Under the pieces are notes generated by a model. The model was not told the DNA's origin. It saw only the letters and a program-made list of their open reading frames with translations, and ran no database searches. From positions 3,926-67,925 of the forward strand of contig CAISKQ010000035.1 in the NCBI GenBank assembly GCA_903885965.1: a DNA stretch of 64,000 bases, read 5' to 3'. Shown piece after piece: positions 62,910-64,000 of the stretch; within the stretch, counting starts at the first letter, position 1, and each line of letters begins with the position of its first letter. Made by a program: the position numbers and the translations under genes. This DNA comes from an uncultured bacterium. GTDB lineage: Bacteria; Patescibacteriota; Minisyncoccia; Moranbacterales; GWC2-37-73.

Positions 62910-64000
62910 TTAATTTGAAACTAAAACAATCTTATCTTCTTCAAGTTGGACCTTCACCGTGTCACCAGCTGTAATCTTTTTCTCAATTATTTCAAGCGCT
63001 AGCTCATCCAGTATTTCATTTTGGATAACTCTTTTTAACGGTCTAGCGCCATAAATACTGTCAAAACCCTTATTCGAGATGTATTCCTTAACATCTTTTG
63101 ATATCTTTAGTTTGATATTTTTTTCCGTGAGTCGTTTTTGAACGATGTCCAATTGTAACTGCACAATTTTTTCCAAGATTTTCTTACTAAGGGGATGAAA
63201 AATAATCAATTCATCAATACGATTCAAAAATTCTGGTTTGAAGTGCTCCTTAAGGCTTGCTTGAACTTTTGATCTCATCTCAGTTTCGCTCATACCATCC
63301 TCGTTCCTTTCTCCTTGAAAACCAAAGCCTTGGGCTTTGTATATTATATCCGAACCCACGTTGGATGTCATCACGATAACGGTATTTTTAAAATTAACTT
63401 CCCTTCCTTTAGCATCAGTCAATCTTCCATCATCGAGAATCTGCAATAAAATATTGAAAACTTGCGGATGAGCTTTTTCGATTTCATCAAACAAAATCAC
63501 GCTATACGGTCTTCTTCGAATTATCTCAGTCAATTGTCCACCCTCCTCATAACCGACATATCCCGGGGGCGAACCAACTAGCTTTGCAGTCGAATGAGAT
63601 TCCATATATTCGCTCATGTCCAATCGCACCAAAGACTTGGCATCATTAAACAAAAACTCAGCCAAAGTTTTTGCTAGCTCTGTTTTTCCAACCCCGGTTG
63701 GCCCAAGAAAAATAAATGAGCCAATTGGCTTGTTCTCTTCTGAAATTCCAGCCCTCGACCTGCGAACAGCATTTGAGACTGATTTAATTGCCTCATCTTG
63801 GCCAATAACTTTTTTAGCCAGTTCCTTTTCCATGTAAGCTAGCTTTTCAATTTCGCTGGCTAGCATCTTCGAAACTGGAATTCCCGTCCAACGAGAAACA
63901 ACTTGGGCGATATCTTCCTCAGTGATTTCTTCTTTAAGAATTGAATTTTCGCGCTGAATTTTTCCGAGTTTCTTTTCTTCCTCAGCAATCTTTTTTTCAA
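62910..64000 (-). CDS. clpB: ATP-dependent chaperone ClpB (C-terminal part; gene runs off the window end)
   Basis: AAA+ D2 module with 'GPTGVGKTELAKTLAEFLF' Walker A, 'ILFDEIEKAH' Walker B and sensor 'GARPLKR'. The reading frame stays open to position 64000, so the internal M at 63866 is not the start. Confidence 0.85.
   Translation of the reverse strand, partial: EKKIAEEEKKLGKIQRENSILKEEITEEDIAQVVSRWTGIPVSKMLASEIEKLAYMEKELAKKVIGQDEAIKSVSNAVRRSRAGISEENKPIGSFIFLGPTGVGKTELAKTLAEFLFNDAKSLVRLDMSEYMESHSTAKLVGSPPGYVGYEEGGQLTEIIRRRPYSVILFDEIEKAHPQVFNILLQILDDGRLTDAKGREVNFKNTVIVMTSNVGSDIIYKAQGFGFQGERNEDGMSETEMRSKVQASLKEHFKPEFLNRIDELIIFHPLSKKILEKIVQLQLDIVQKRLTEKNIKLKISKDVKEYISNKGFDSIYGARPLKRVIQNEILDELALEIIEKKITAGDTVKVQLEEDKIVLVSN

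Noticed and set aside
1-64000. CRISPR arrays, tRNA/rRNA genes, transposases or integrases
   Set aside because: No regularly spaced direct-repeat arrays. No T-loop/acceptor patterns (GGTTCGAATCC-like) in the intergenic regions. No transposase or integrase-like ORFs. The GC-shifted island lacks flanking direct repeats or a recombinase.

Overview
This 64 kb window is AT-rich (about 35% GC by eye) and densely coding, with about 60 CDS. The gene content and domain architectures look like a small-genome Candidate Phyla Radiation (Patescibacteria)-type bacterium; this is an inference. Supporting genes include an ADP-forming acetyl-CoA synthetase, an archaeal-type UMP kinase, DUF4012, a sigma region 4/HARE-HTH fusion, and a standalone TraD/VirD4-like ATPase.

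Plus-strand block (1-26.4 kb):
- a DUF523/TudS-like protein, a SAM-dependent methyltransferase and a tRNA-binding protein (CsaA/YgjH-like)
- a first YerC/YecD (TrpR-like) regulator and a NUDIX hydrolase
- pheS-pheT
- a five-gene module: sigma region 4/HARE-HTH protein, a membrane protein, a TraD/TrwB-like P-loop ATPase, a small S/T-rich protein and a membrane coiled-coil protein
- dnaJ, acetyl-CoA synthetase (ADP-forming), recJ, two GT4 glycosyltransferases, TagA, gltX and a PcsB-like C39 peptidase

Minus-strand Fe-S operon (27.3-29.6 kb): Rrf2-nifS-nifU.

Middle region:
- PD-(D/E)XK nuclease and a PolB-exonuclease-like 3'-5' exonuclease, convergent
- pyrH
- a second YerC/YecD regulator
- rpmA (L27) with a C-terminal extension
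- a second NUDIX hydrolase
- pyrG, rplI

Minus-strand polysaccharide locus (39-56 kb):
- galU, rmlA, glyA, rmlD
- GNAT acetyltransferase, DUF2207
- rmlB, rmlC
- DUF4012, a Wzz-like protein, two GT4 glycosyltransferases, a beta-helix protein and an O-antigen-ligase-like protein

Right end: a GC-shifted island of three secreted proteins (56.6-59.7 kb), then a second Wzz-like protein, an HtrA-like protein with a substituted catalytic triad, a membrane protein, and clpB truncated at the window edge.

No rRNA, tRNA, CRISPR array, transposase or integrase was found.

The most distinctive signal is non-coding. Several families of structured intergenic palindromic elements recur beside translation starts and between cistrons:
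- a roughly 88 bp composite 'TGTCAT-hairpin-spacer-hairpin-ATGACA' element (three copies, with compensatory stem changes)
- 22-29 bp 'TACGAA' inverted repeats filling the pheS-pheT and nifS-nifU gaps
- a repeated leader element upstream of rmlA, rmlB and rpmA
- two YerC/YecD regulator genes, each flanked by two copies of its own distinct palindromic operator

There is also a GC-rich, terminator-capped, roughly 320 nt non-coding stretch at 20.3-20.6 kb that I could not assign to a known RNA class.
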